Below are positions 29,903-38,064 of a stretch of DNA of 64,000 bases, piece after piece; position 1 is the first letter of the stretch, and every line of letters begins with the position of its first letter. Source of the stretch: Bacteroidota bacterium (GTDB taxonomy: Bacteria; Bacteroidota; Bacteroidia; Bacteroidales; GCA-2711565); assembly GCA_003353955.1 (NCBI GenBank), contig PIVJ01000002.1, positions 13,971 to 77,970 of the forward strand, written 5' to 3'. Position numbers and translations under genes: made by a program. Below the pieces are notes generated by a model that was given only the letters and a program-made list of their open reading frames with translations, was not told the DNA's origin and did not search any database.

Positions 29903-31255
29903 ATGAAGCAGCGTAAGAAACTAAGTTTTTGGCAAATCTGGAATATGAGTTTTGGGTTCTTAGGAATTCAAATGGGATTTGCTTTACAAAATGCCAATGC
30001 CAGTAGAATATTACAAATTTTTGGTGCAGACATCCATGAATTATCATGGTTCTGGTTGATTGCGCCACTAACCGGCTTAATTGTACAGCCCATTGTTGGC
30101 TATTATAGTGATCGGACTTGGACACGACTTGGTCGACGGCGTCCGTTCTTCTTAACAGGTGCTTTACTTGCTTCGATTGGATTAGTGTTAATGCCAAATG
30201 CTGATATGTTTACAGCATTTATGCCTTCTTTGTGGGTAGGAGCCGGGATGTTAATGATCATGGATACTTCGTTCAATATTGCCATGGAACCATTTCGTGC
30301 ACTTGTTGCTGATTTACTGCCTTCTGATCAAAGAACACTTGGCTTTAGCATTCAAACTATACTTATTGGAATCGGTGCTGTGATTGGTTCCTGGCTTCCT
30401 TATGTTCTCTCCAATTGGTTTGGAGTTTTAAATGAGGCAGATGTTGGAAAAGTTCCACTTAATTTATTGATATCTTTTATAATTGGGGCAGGTGTTCTGG
30501 TTGTTAGTATTTTGGTTACAGTTATAGGTACAAAAGAATATTCTCCGGAGGAGATGCAAGCGTTTAGCTCTAAAGATGAGGAAGTTGATAGTGAAGAAGA
30601 ATCAAGTCTGTTAAATATTTTTTCTGATTTCAGAAAGATGCCTTTAACAATGAAGCAACTGAGTAGTGTTCAGTTTTTCTCTTGGTTTGGCTTATTTGGA
30701 ATGTGGGTTTTTGCAACACCAGCAATCGCGCATCATGTTTATGGCTTAAGCTTGAATGACGCTCATAGTATTGATTATCAGAACGCCGGTGATTGGGTTG
30801 GAATACTATTTGGTGTTTACAATGCTATTTCTGCAATATTTGCGTTCTTTTTACCGGCCATCGCACTTAAATTAGGACGTAAAAGAACACATGCAACTTC
30901 ATTGGTAATAGGGGGAATAGGACTTATTTCAGTCTATTTTATGCCAAATGAAAATTGGTTGATACTTTCAATGGTTGGTGTAGGAATTGCCTGGGCCAGT
31001 ATTTTAGCCATGCCATACGCAATCTTAGCCGGATCCATTCCGCTTAAAAAAATGGGTGTTTATATGGGGATCTTTAATTTCTTCATCGTAATTCCTCAAA
31101 TTATTAATGCCTTGATTGGTGGCCCAATTGTAAAATATGTATATGGTGGTAATCCAATATTCGCCATTGTTGTAAGCGGAGTATCTTTTTTGGTAGCAGC
31201 AGCATTAGTGTCACGGGTTAAGGATGTTGATGATGAAATAATTCGAAAAAATTAA
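29903..31255 (+). CDS. MFS/GPH-type sugar (maltose/maltodextrin-like) transporter
   Basis: 450 aa, 12 predicted TM helices, RLGRRRPF loop motif typical of SLC45/GPH-like sugar:cation symporters; located in the starch locus. Confidence 0.8.
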   Translation: MKQRKKLSFWQIWNMSFGFLGIQMGFALQNANASRILQIFGADIHELSWFWLIAPLTGLIVQPIVGYYSDRTWTRLGRRRPFFLTGALLASIGLVLMPNADMFTAFMPSLWVGAGMLMIMDTSFNIAMEPFRALVADLLPSDQRTLGFSIQTILIGIGAVIGSWLPYVLSNWFGVLNEADVGKVPLNLLISFIIGAGVLVVSILVTVIGTKEYSPEEMQAFSSKDEEVDSEEESSLLNIFSDFRKMPLTMKQLSSVQFFSWFGLFGMWVFATPAIAHHVYGLSLNDAHSIDYQNAGDWVGILFGVYNAISAIFAFFLPAIALKLGRKRTHATSLVIGGIGLISVYFMPNENWLILSMVGVGIAWASILAMPYAILAGSIPLKKMGVYMGIFNFFIVIPQIINALIGGPIVKYVYGGNPIFAIVVSGVSFLVAAALVSRVKDVDDEIIRKN

Positions 31256-31260
31256 TAAAA

Positions 31261-31507
31261 AAGGAAATTGCAATAGTATTTGATTTAGATGGAGTTTCGT
31301 TGGTACCGCAATCTACTATTATAAAGCGGGCAATCTATTGATAATGAATTAGGATTTGAATTTACAATTGATAAAAATGAAAATTTAAAGGGGGTTAGCA
31401 GGATAGAATCATTGGAACGCTTATTAAAATTTGGTGCTGTTTCAAATTTAAGCAATGTTGACTCGCTGGATGAAAAAATAGCGAAAGAAATAAATAAATC
31501 ACCCTGA
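31261..31507 (+). pseudogene. pgmB: beta-phosphoglucomutase (pgmB) 5' stub, frameshifted and 3'-truncated
   Basis: KEIAIVFDLDGV (HAD motif I) sits in one frame and stops at 31339. In the +1 frame, QSIDNELGFEFTIDKNENLKGVSRIESLERLLKFG...DEKIAKEINK matches the cap-domain region of beta-PGM (..NEQLKGVSREDSL..). There is no ATG and the remaining ~130 codons are absent. Confidence 0.75.
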
Positions 31508-31520
31508 AAAGTTATAAACT

Positions 31521-33239
31521 ATGAAAGATAACAGGGAAACTTTAGCAAAATACTGGGAAGAAATATATGGCAATCAGGATATTGAATTGTTAAATTCATT
31601 TTTTCTTGAAATTGATGCTCTTAAAAAAGAAATAAATAATAAAGCTACTGAATCAGACTGGTATAAAGATGCAGTTGTTTATTCAATATATGTTGATCTT
31701 TTTAGCAATGATTTTAAAGGACTTGAAGGAAAGCTCGACTATATTCATAACTTAGGAGTTAATTGTATTTGGCTTCTGCCAATTCTTGATTCGCCAATGC
31801 GCGATGCTGGTTTTGATATCAGCAATTACAAGAAAATACGAGAAGATCTTATTGGACTGAAAAAAAACAGTTCCGAAGATGAACAGCTAAATGTATTTAA
31901 AAGTTTCCTGCAAAAAGCGAGGCAAAAGGGCATACGAGTAATTTTTGATGTGGCTATAAACCATACATCTGACCGGCATTATTGGTTTCAGGAATCAAAG
32001 AAATCAACTAATAATCCATATCGAGATTATTACATCTGGAATAATGATAGCGATAAATACAAGGACGCACGTTTACTTTTTAAAGGAATGTGCCCAAGTA
32101 ATTGGGAGAAAAATGGAGACAGCTACTTTTTTCATCGTTTCTTTGAGTTTCAACCCGATTTAAACTACCGAAATCCAAAAGTATTGCTCGAAATGAGCCG
32201 GAATTTAATTTTCTGGCTTAAAAATGGTGTAGATGGCTTTCGTGCCGATGCTATCCCCTTTTTGTGGAAAGAAGAAGGAACGAATTGTGAGAATCTGCCG
32301 AAAACACATACCATTGTAAAGTTTTTCAGGGCTGTTCTAGATCATCTTAAACCAGGTACATTATTGCTGGCCGAAGCTTGTCAGAACCCCTATGAAGTTG
32401 TTAAATACCTTGGTGATTCAGACGAGTGTCATGCAGGATATCATTTCCCGCTTATGCCACAAATGTTTAAAGCAATTGCACAACAATCTTCTGAACCAAT
32501 CAAACAAACTTTAAGCACAAAAGTAACTCCTGAAATCCCGGAAGGGAGTCAATGGTTTACCTTTCTACGATGCCATGATGAATTAAGCCTTGAATTGGTT
32601 TACGTAGCTGAAGAAGACAGAAAATATATTCACGAAAATTATTGCCATGATAAAAAATGGGATTTTAGAATAGGTGAAGGGATATCGGCACGTTTATCGG
32701 AATTGATGAATAAAAATCCAGAAAAAATTGGATTAGCTTATTCTGTTATGCTAACACTTCCTGGAACACCTGTTATTTATTACGGCGATGAATTTGGAAA
32801 AGCCAATGATGAAAAATATTATCAGGAACAAATTAAACTAACGGGTAAAGACGACACTCGTTTTCTGGTAAGAGGAAGAATAAACTGGGATGAACTTGAA
32901 CAAAAACTCAATAATAAGAACAGTTTTGAATCCAAAGTATACCAACAAATCACTACCCAGGTTAAAGTTAGAACTGAACATAAAAACTTTGGAAGAGGAA
33001 ATCTTGAATGGTTGAATAGTGTAGATGAACAAAAAGAAGTTTTAGCTTTTAAAAGAACGTATAAAGGAATTTCGATACTTGTAATTAATAACTTATCAAA
33101 TAAAGATATTTCCATTGATCTCTCAAAAACAAAGCTTACTTGGAATCAAAAAGATTTACTTGGAAATGAGTTACCTACAGATAAAAATGGAAGCTTATTG
33201 CTTGGATCCTATAAATACTACTGGATACAATTAATATAA
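31521..33239 (+). CDS. GH13 trehalose-synthase-like (TreS family) alpha-glucosyl transferase
   Basis: 572 aa with no signal peptide. Has WYKDAVVYSIYVDLF, INHTSDRHYWFQ, FFEFQPDLNYRNPKV, VDGFRADAIPFLWKEEGTNCENLPKTH, LLAEAC, ECHAGYHFPLMPQMF and FLRCHDELSLE, a motif series that matches TreS (GH13_16) as I remember it. Confidence 0.7.
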   Translation: MKDNRETLAKYWEEIYGNQDIELLNSFFLEIDALKKEINNKATESDWYKDAVVYSIYVDLFSNDFKGLEGKLDYIHNLGVNCIWLLPILDSPMRDAGFDISNYKKIREDLIGLKKNSSEDEQLNVFKSFLQKARQKGIRVIFDVAINHTSDRHYWFQESKKSTNNPYRDYYIWNNDSDKYKDARLLFKGMCPSNWEKNGDSYFFHRFFEFQPDLNYRNPKVLLEMSRNLIFWLKNGVDGFRADAIPFLWKEEGTNCENLPKTHTIVKFFRAVLDHLKPGTLLLAEACQNPYEVVKYLGDSDECHAGYHFPLMPQMFKAIAQQSSEPIKQTLSTKVTPEIPEGSQWFTFLRCHDELSLELVYVAEEDRKYIHENYCHDKKWDFRIGEGISARLSELMNKNPEKIGLAYSVMLTLPGTPVIYYGDEFGKANDEKYYQEQIKLTGKDDTRFLVRGRINWDELEQKLNNKNSFESKVYQQITTQVKVRTEHKNFGRGNLEWLNSVDEQKEVLAFKRTYKGISILVINNLSNKDISIDLSKTKLTWNQKDLLGNELPTDKNGSLLLGSYKYYWIQLI

Positions 33240-33256
33240 AAAAGGGGGAAGTAGAA

Positions 33257-36200
33257 ATGGAGAAGTTTAATTTTGATGGTGTTATTTTTGATCTGGACGG
33301 AGTAATTACTAAGACAGCTTCAGTTCATAGCAGGGCATGGAAAAGAATGTTTGATGAATACTTACATTTCCGTGAAGAAAAAAATAATGAACCATATAAA
33401 GAATTTAAACATATTGAAGATTACTTACCCTTTGTTGATGGCAAACCCCGCTACAAGGGTGTTGAGGACTTTCTTAAATCCCGTAATATTAGCATTCCTT
33501 TTGGTGACCCCGCCGATAAAACCAGCATGGAAACCATTTGTGGCCTGGGTAATCGTAAAAATGAAGCCTTTAACGAAGTTTTAAAAAATGAAGGTGTTGA
33601 GGTTTTTGAATCAACAGTTGCATTAATGAAACTTTTAAAAGAAAAAGGGTTAAAGATAGGTGTTGCCTCTTCAAGTAAGAATTGTGAAAATGTGCTCAAA
33701 ACAGCAAAACTTGAGCACCTTGTTGAAACCAGAGTTGATGGTGTTACTTCCACTAAATTAGGTCTAAAAGGAAAACCTGAGGCTGACATTTTTACTGTAG
33801 CAGCAGATAATCTTGGTTTAAAATATCACCGTACTGTTGTTGTCGAAGACGCTAAATCAGGAGTACAGGCAGGGAGAAAAGGAAATTTTGGATTGGTACT
33901 TGGGCTTGCACGTGAAGAGAATAAAAAAGAGCTACTCAGAAATGGAGCTGACATTGCTGTGGGTGATATAGAAGAATTTGGTTTTGAGGAAATTGAAGAT
34001 TGGTTCAAAACAAAACTAGAAGAAGATAGCTGGAGAATAAGCTATCACAATTATGTTCCTGAGAAAGAAAAAACCCGAGAATCACTATTAACTGTGGGTA
34101 ATGGCTACCTAGGAACTCGTGGAGCTTTTGAAGAAAATGATGCCTGTGAAACAAATTATCCCGGAACTTATATCGCCGGCCTATATAATCGTTTAGAGTC
34201 AAAAGTAGGCGGCCGGATGATTGAAAATGAAGACTTTGTAAATTGTCCAAACTGGCTTCCAATTACCTTTATGATTAATAATGGGAAATGCTTTGATATT
34301 AACGACACCCAAATAATTGAGTTTAACCGTTTCTTAAATATAAAAAATGGTGAACTGACAAGAATCCTAACTGTCAGAGACGAGAAAGGAAATGAGACAA
34401 AAATAGAATCGAAGCGAATTGCTAGTATGGATAATCCGCATTTAGCGACCATTCAATACAATATTACCCCAATTAATTACAACGGGATTATAATTGTTAA
34501 AGCTAAACTTGACGGAAATCTTATAAATGATGGTGTAAAACGTTACCGTGGCTTAAACCAAAAACATTTAACCGGGTGTACTGAAGGATTTAAAGAGAAT
34601 ATTTCCTGGCTGATGTCAAAAACCAGTCAATCTGAAATTGAAATTGCACTTGTTTCAAAAATTAATCTTTATCGCAGAGGTAAACAAAAAGAGATAGATG
34701 TTTTAAATTACATAAACGAAAATGCGATAGTTTCTGAAATTGAAATCGACGTTTCAAAAAACGAAGAAGTTAGTTTTGAAAAAATTGTTTCCATATTCAC
34801 ATCTAAAACAGACGACTCTATAAATCCCTTAGAAAGTGCCAGAAAAACTATTTCAGAGTCGGATTCTTACGATAGTTTATTAGGCAAAAGTGAAGATGCA
34901 TGGAAAAAAATTTGGGATGAAATAAACATTACAATTGAAGGAGACCGGCAGACACAAAAATTGATTCGTTTTCACCTGTATCATTTAATGGTTTCCATGT
35001 CTCCTCACAATGCATCCATTGATGCCAGCGCAACCGCCCGTGGTTTGCATGGTGAAGCTTATAGAGGTCACATTTTTTGGGATGAATTATTTATCCAGCC
35101 TTTTTATAATTTACACTTCCCTGAAACAGCAAAGACGATGCTTATGTACAGGTATAATCGCCTGGGAAAAGCACGTCATTATGCTAAAGAACACACCTTC
35201 CATGGTGCTATGTTTCCATGGCAAAGCGGTAGTGATGGTCGAGAAGAAACTCAGGTTGTGCATTTAAACCCACTCTCCGGCAAATGGGGAGATGACTATA
35301 GTTCTCTTCAACGCCATGTTTCAATTGCTATTGCGTACAATATATGGCACTATTTTAATTCAACAGAAGATGTTGTGTTTTTGGAAAAATATGGCTCAGA
35401 AATGTTCCTTGAAATAGCCCGATTCTGGGCAAGTAAAGCTGATTTCAGAGCATCTTTAGGCAAATTCTCCATTAGTAATGTTATGGGGCCTGATGAATTC
35501 CATGAAAAACATCCACAAGCTACTGAAGGAGGTTTACGAGACAATGCTTATACAAATATCATGGCATCATGGGTTATTAACCGTGCGTTAGAAATTTTGA
35601 ATATTATTGATGCTGAATCGAAAATTGAAATCGTTAGAAGAATTGATTTAAGCAAAGAAGAACTGACCTCATGGAAAAACATTTCAGACAAATTAAACAT
35701 TAATATATCAGACGAAGGGATTATTTCGCAATACGATGGCTATTTTGATTTAAAAGAACTAGATTGGGACGCATATCTCAAAAAAAACGAGAGCATTTAC
35801 CGGATGGATCGTATTTTAAAAGCAGAAGGTAAATCTGCAGATAATTACAAAGTTGCAAAGCAGGCTGATACCCTGATGACTTTTTACAATCTGCCAGAAA
35901 ATCAGGTAAGTGAGATTCTTTCAAACATGAACTATAATGTACCTAAGGATTATTTGAAAAAAAACTTTGATTATTATTTACAGCGTACTTCACATGGTTC
36001 TACTTTAAGCCGGGTTGTTCATTCGAAATTGGCCAGTATAATCGGCAATCAGAAACTAAGCTGGGATTTATACCTGGATGCACTAACAAGTGATTTTAAT
36101 GATATACAAGGTGGAACTACCGGAGAAGGAATTCATCTTGGAGTTATGGCAGCCACAGTAATGATTGCAATAAACACTTATGCCGGAGTTGATTTTAGGG

Positions 36201-36412
36201 GCGAATTTTTAAGTGTAAACCCAAGCCTTCCGGAACATTGGGAAAAGATTAAGTTTTCAATCAATTTTAAGCAAGTGAAATATGAATTTGAGATCGAAGA
36301 AGAGCAAATTCATGTAAATACAACAAGTACAAGCAAAGGGAAAACAAACATTAAATTAAAGGACAAAATACTTCAGCTTGAAATTGGTAAAACAATTAAA
36401 CATAAATATTAA
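33257..36412 (+). CDS. fusion protein: beta-phosphoglucomutase-like HAD domain + GH65 alpha-glucoside phosphorylase
   Basis: 1051 aa. The N-terminal ~245 aa carry HAD motifs (IFDLDGVITKT, GKPEADIF, VVEDAKSGVQAG). The remainder carries GH65 central-domain motifs (GLHGEAYRGHIFWDELFIQPF, FPWQSGSDGREET, GPDEFHE, NAYTN, QRTSHGSTLS). Confidence 0.85.
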   Translation: MEKFNFDGVIFDLDGVITKTASVHSRAWKRMFDEYLHFREEKNNEPYKEFKHIEDYLPFVDGKPRYKGVEDFLKSRNISIPFGDPADKTSMETICGLGNRKNEAFNEVLKNEGVEVFESTVALMKLLKEKGLKIGVASSSKNCENVLKTAKLEHLVETRVDGVTSTKLGLKGKPEADIFTVAADNLGLKYHRTVVVEDAKSGVQAGRKGNFGLVLGLAREENKKELLRNGADIAVGDIEEFGFEEIEDWFKTKLEEDSWRISYHNYVPEKEKTRESLLTVGNGYLGTRGAFEENDACETNYPGTYIAGLYNRLESKVGGRMIENEDFVNCPNWLPITFMINNGKCFDINDTQIIEFNRFLNIKNGELTRILTVRDEKGNETKIESKRIASMDNPHLATIQYNITPINYNGIIIVKAKLDGNLINDGVKRYRGLNQKHLTGCTEGFKENISWLMSKTSQSEIEIALVSKINLYRRGKQKEIDVLNYINENAIVSEIEIDVSKNEEVSFEKIVSIFTSKTDDSINPLESARKTISESDSYDSLLGKSEDAWKKIWDEINITIEGDRQTQKLIRFHLYHLMVSMSPHNASIDASATARGLHGEAYRGHIFWDELFIQPFYNLHFPETAKTMLMYRYNRLGKARHYAKEHTFHGAMFPWQSGSDGREETQVVHLNPLSGKWGDDYSSLQRHVSIAIAYNIWHYFNSTEDVVFLEKYGSEMFLEIARFWASKADFRASLGKFSISNVMGPDEFHEKHPQATEGGLRDNAYTNIMASWVINRALEILNIIDAESKIEIVRRIDLSKEELTSWKNISDKLNINISDEGIISQYDGYFDLKELDWDAYLKKNESIYRMDRILKAEGKSADNYKVAKQADTLMTFYNLPENQVSEILSNMNYNVPKDYLKKNFDYYLQRTSHGSTLSRVVHSKLASIIGNQKLSWDLYLDALTSDFNDIQGGTTGEGIHLGVMAATVMIAINTYAGVDFRGEFLSVNPSLPEHWEKIKFSINFKQVKYEFEIEEEQIHVNTTSTSKGKTNIKLKDKILQLEIGKTIKHKY

Positions 36413-36444
36413 AACTTAATTCATCTTCAAATATTTAAATCAAA

Positions 36445-37083
36445 ATGTTAGGCGACATATTATTAATTACCGAAAAACACGAAACTGCCGGAAAAGATAT
36501 TGTTAATAAAATACTGGCAGATAAAAAAGAAAAATATATAGTTGCAATTTCCGGTGAATCAGGATCAGGCAAAACCGAACTTGCTCATGTGGTTGCCAAG
36601 ATTTTAAAGGCTAAAGGATTAAGAGCAAAACCATTACATTCTGATAATTATTACCGTATTCCACCATTAGAGAGAACAGAATGGAGAATTAAAAATGGAA
36701 TGGAAAGCGTTGGTTTTACTGAATATGATTGGGAAACCATAAACCGGAACATTAAAGAATTTAAGGAAAACAAAAAGGCAACAATGCCATGTATTGATAT
36801 TGTTACCGGTCAGGTTGATACTCTAATAACTGATTTTAGTGAGATTGAAATTCTTATTATTGATGGCTTATACGCAATAAAAACTGAACAAATTGATTTA
36901 AGGGTATTTATTGAACTTACTTATCATGAAACCAAGAAAGCACAGCTTAAAAGAGGTAAAGAGCCACAAAATGAAAATAGAATGAAAGTACTTGAACGGG
37001 AACATATTGTAGTTCAATCGCTAAAACCAAGTGCTGATTTATTTATTAATATGGAATATAAAGTTGTTGATGTTAAATCATAG
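36445..37083 (+). CDS. P-loop kinase of the uridine kinase/phosphoribulokinase (Udk/PRK) fold, substrate unknown
   Basis: 212 aa. Walker A ISGESGSGKT, HSDNYY (cf. Udk QDSFY), IIDGLYA and a lid-like KKAQLKRGKE segment. Confidence 0.6.
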   Translation: MLGDILLITEKHETAGKDIVNKILADKKEKYIVAISGESGSGKTELAHVVAKILKAKGLRAKPLHSDNYYRIPPLERTEWRIKNGMESVGFTEYDWETINRNIKEFKENKKATMPCIDIVTGQVDTLITDFSEIEILIIDGLYAIKTEQIDLRVFIELTYHETKKAQLKRGKEPQNENRMKVLEREHIVVQSLKPSADLFINMEYKVVDVKS

Positions 37084-37093
37084 TGATTTCTCC

Positions 37094-37125
37094 ACAACTT
37101 AACTAAAGTTGTAGTGCTTTTCTTT
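37094..37125 (+). terminator. weak candidate terminator after the kinase gene
   Basis: ACAACTT-AACTA-AAGTTGT hairpin (7 bp, AT-rich) followed by a T-rich tract (GCTTTTCTTTG). Confidence 0.3.
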
Positions 37126-37229
37126 GTTGATTAATATACACGTAGAAAAACAACTAGAACAGAAGAACCTAAAAAAATTGTTGGACTAGCATACCTAATT
37201 AAACTACAGGAAACAAAAACAGAAGTATC

Positions 37230-38010
37230 ATGAACAGCAAAAAAATTCTTTCAACAAAACTATTATCAATTTTAATCACATTCCTGTTTATTAATAATGG
37301 ACTAATATCTCAGAAAATCCATCGTATTGATCCCCCTCTTGCTTTTGCATTACGAGACGCACTCTCTGAAAAGAAAACCTGGAATGATGAAATTATGCTT
37401 TTGTATGATGTATTGACGCAAGATTATGTATACAATAATCCACAAAATACACTCGTTTTTGGTGATAATCACAATTTAACAAGACTATTAACAAATTATG
37501 GTGGGAATGTTAATAAGCTAAAAATGGAAATGGTTTTTTTGCTTACTACCCATGGGATTCCAAACATTTACTTTGGTACTGAAATACTAATGGAGGGGAA
37601 TGAGCATGATGGACATGGAAAAATGAGAAAAGATTTTCCGGGAGGATGGCCTAATGACACTCAGAACGCATTTGTAGCTAAAGGAAGATCTACTGCCCAG
37701 AATGATATGACTAACTTTATGAGTACTATTCTAAGCTGGAGAAGAAATAAAACTCTTATTCACGAGGGTGAACTCACTCATTTTATTCCTCAGGATGATA
37801 TATATGTTTATTTCAGGCATGATAAAGATGAAAGTGTTATGATTATTCGCAATAACAATAAAGACAAAAACACTTGATACTGAGCGTTTTCGTAGCTTTC
37901 TTTCTAACACTAAGACTGCTTATGATGTTTTGTTAAATAAAAAAATCAATGATCTTAAGAATTTAAGATTGAAAGCTAAATCTGCTCGTATAATTGAACT
38001 GAGAAAATAA
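37230..38010 (+). pseudogene. SusA-like GH13 pseudogene (in-frame internal deletion plus 3' frameshift)
   Basis: The signal peptide and first N-domain residues (QKIHRIDPP) join directly to the segment aligned with residues ~396 onward of the intact paralog (23341..25200). GH13 regions I-III are missing and only region IV (GDNHNLTR) remains. A frameshift at the A5 run (37866-37870) truncates the ORF; the tail (KTLDTERF...IIELRK*) continues in the +1 frame to 38010. Confidence 0.85.
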
Positions 38011-38064
38011 GCTAATAATGCATCAATTTGAAACTATCGTTTTTTAACAAATAAATTTCTAACC

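Noticed and set aside
35306-35338. Possible loss of catalytic residues in the GH65 domain (LQRHVSIAIAY where the family consensus I remember reads ..EIHINADIAY).
   Set aside because: By position, the general-acid Glu most likely lies in the PDEYH-type motif, which is retained here as GPDEFH (35486-35503). The phosphate-site-like QRTSHGSTLS is also retained. I therefore do not claim inactivation; this needs a proper alignment.
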